A stretch of DNA of 45,163 bases from Victivallales bacterium (GTDB taxonomy: Bacteria; Verrucomicrobiota; Lentisphaeria; Oligosphaerales; Oligosphaeraceae). The position numbers and the translations under genes are program-made. The stretch lies in assembly GCA_900769285.1 (NCBI GenBank), contig CAAGGB010000279.1, positions 1 to 45,163 on the forward strand. The letters run 5' to 3'. A model generated the notes under the pieces. It was given only the letters and a program-made list of their open reading frames with translations, had not been told where the DNA came from and made no database searches. Positions 45,002 through 45,163 of this stretch are shown here, piece by piece (position 1 is the stretch's first letter; every line of letters begins with the position of its first letter).

Positions 45002-45163
45002 ATGATCATGAAGCACAGCCCGCTCCTGCTCTGCCTGCTCATCGCCTTCGGAACGCTCCAGGCGGCCGACGCCATCTACCGCGACTCGTCAGGCCGCTCC
45101 ATCGGCACCGCCAGCACGCGCAACGGCCGCACCACCTACCGCGACCGCTCGGGCCGCTCCGTC
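45002..45163 (+). CDS. Secreted protein with short YRD-x-SGRS repeats (3'-truncated by window edge)
   Basis: RBS GAAGGAAC. Signal peptide MIMKHSPLLLCLLIAFGTLQAADA, then IYRDSSGRSIGTASTRNGRTTYRDRSGRSV. The frame remains open to the window end. Confidence 0.5.
   Translation, partial: MIMKHSPLLLCLLIAFGTLQAADAIYRDSSGRSIGTASTRNGRTTYRDRSGRSV

Overview
This 45-kb window has high GC (roughly 65% by eye) and strong C-ending codon bias. Its gene content is typical of a Gram-negative envelope: a TonB-dependent receptor, LPS-core-type glycosyltransferases and a flotillin. I found no rRNA, tRNA, CRISPR array, integrase or transposase. From left to right the window contains the following. (1) The 3' part of a GH42-like glycosidase gene. 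(2) A short (672 aa) glycyl radical enzyme with no activase in view. (3) A convergent minus-strand pair, PhoA-type alkaline phosphatase plus a YibE/F-like membrane protein, whose stop and start overlap in ATGA. (4) A cobalamin-riboswitch-like leader followed by a TonB-dependent receptor, a BtuF-like binding lipoprotein and an ABC ATPase, with no permease gene. (5) A flotillin. (6) A 1283-aa transglutaminase-like protein. (7) A YheT-type alpha/beta hydrolase. (8) A small 2x[4Fe-4S] ferredoxin on the minus strand. (9) A roughly 13-kb plus-strand operon running divergently from the ferredoxin, closed by a hairpin terminator. It encodes an amidohydrolase-2 protein, a hypothetical protein and a PqqD-like RRE protein, followed by an FtsX/MacB-type permease and an ABC ATPase. 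Then come a 1738-aa protein that fuses a catalytically degenerate PA/M28-peptidase-like ectodomain to a complete FtsX-type permease, an unassigned 678-aa polytopic membrane protein and a second ABC ATPase. This operon is my best candidate for an undescribed envelope or peptide processing/export machine. (10) A 9-bp x6 minisatellite. (11) A lower-GC glycan island with four genes: a GT2, a WaaG-like GT fused to an LPS-kinase-like domain, a Stealth phosphotransferase, and a compositionally mosaic GT8. A BspA-LRR/Big_2 surface protein follows. (12) A minus-strand operon led by a MerR regulator and preceded by a duplicated palindromic operator. Its other genes are a secreted flavodoxin-like protein, a CMD-cupin fusion, a DUF362-like lipoprotein and a DUF318-type permease. 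(13) Two roughly 78-bp promoter-like direct repeats and the 5' end of a secreted repeat protein. All family assignments are from motif recognition by eye; no searches were run.
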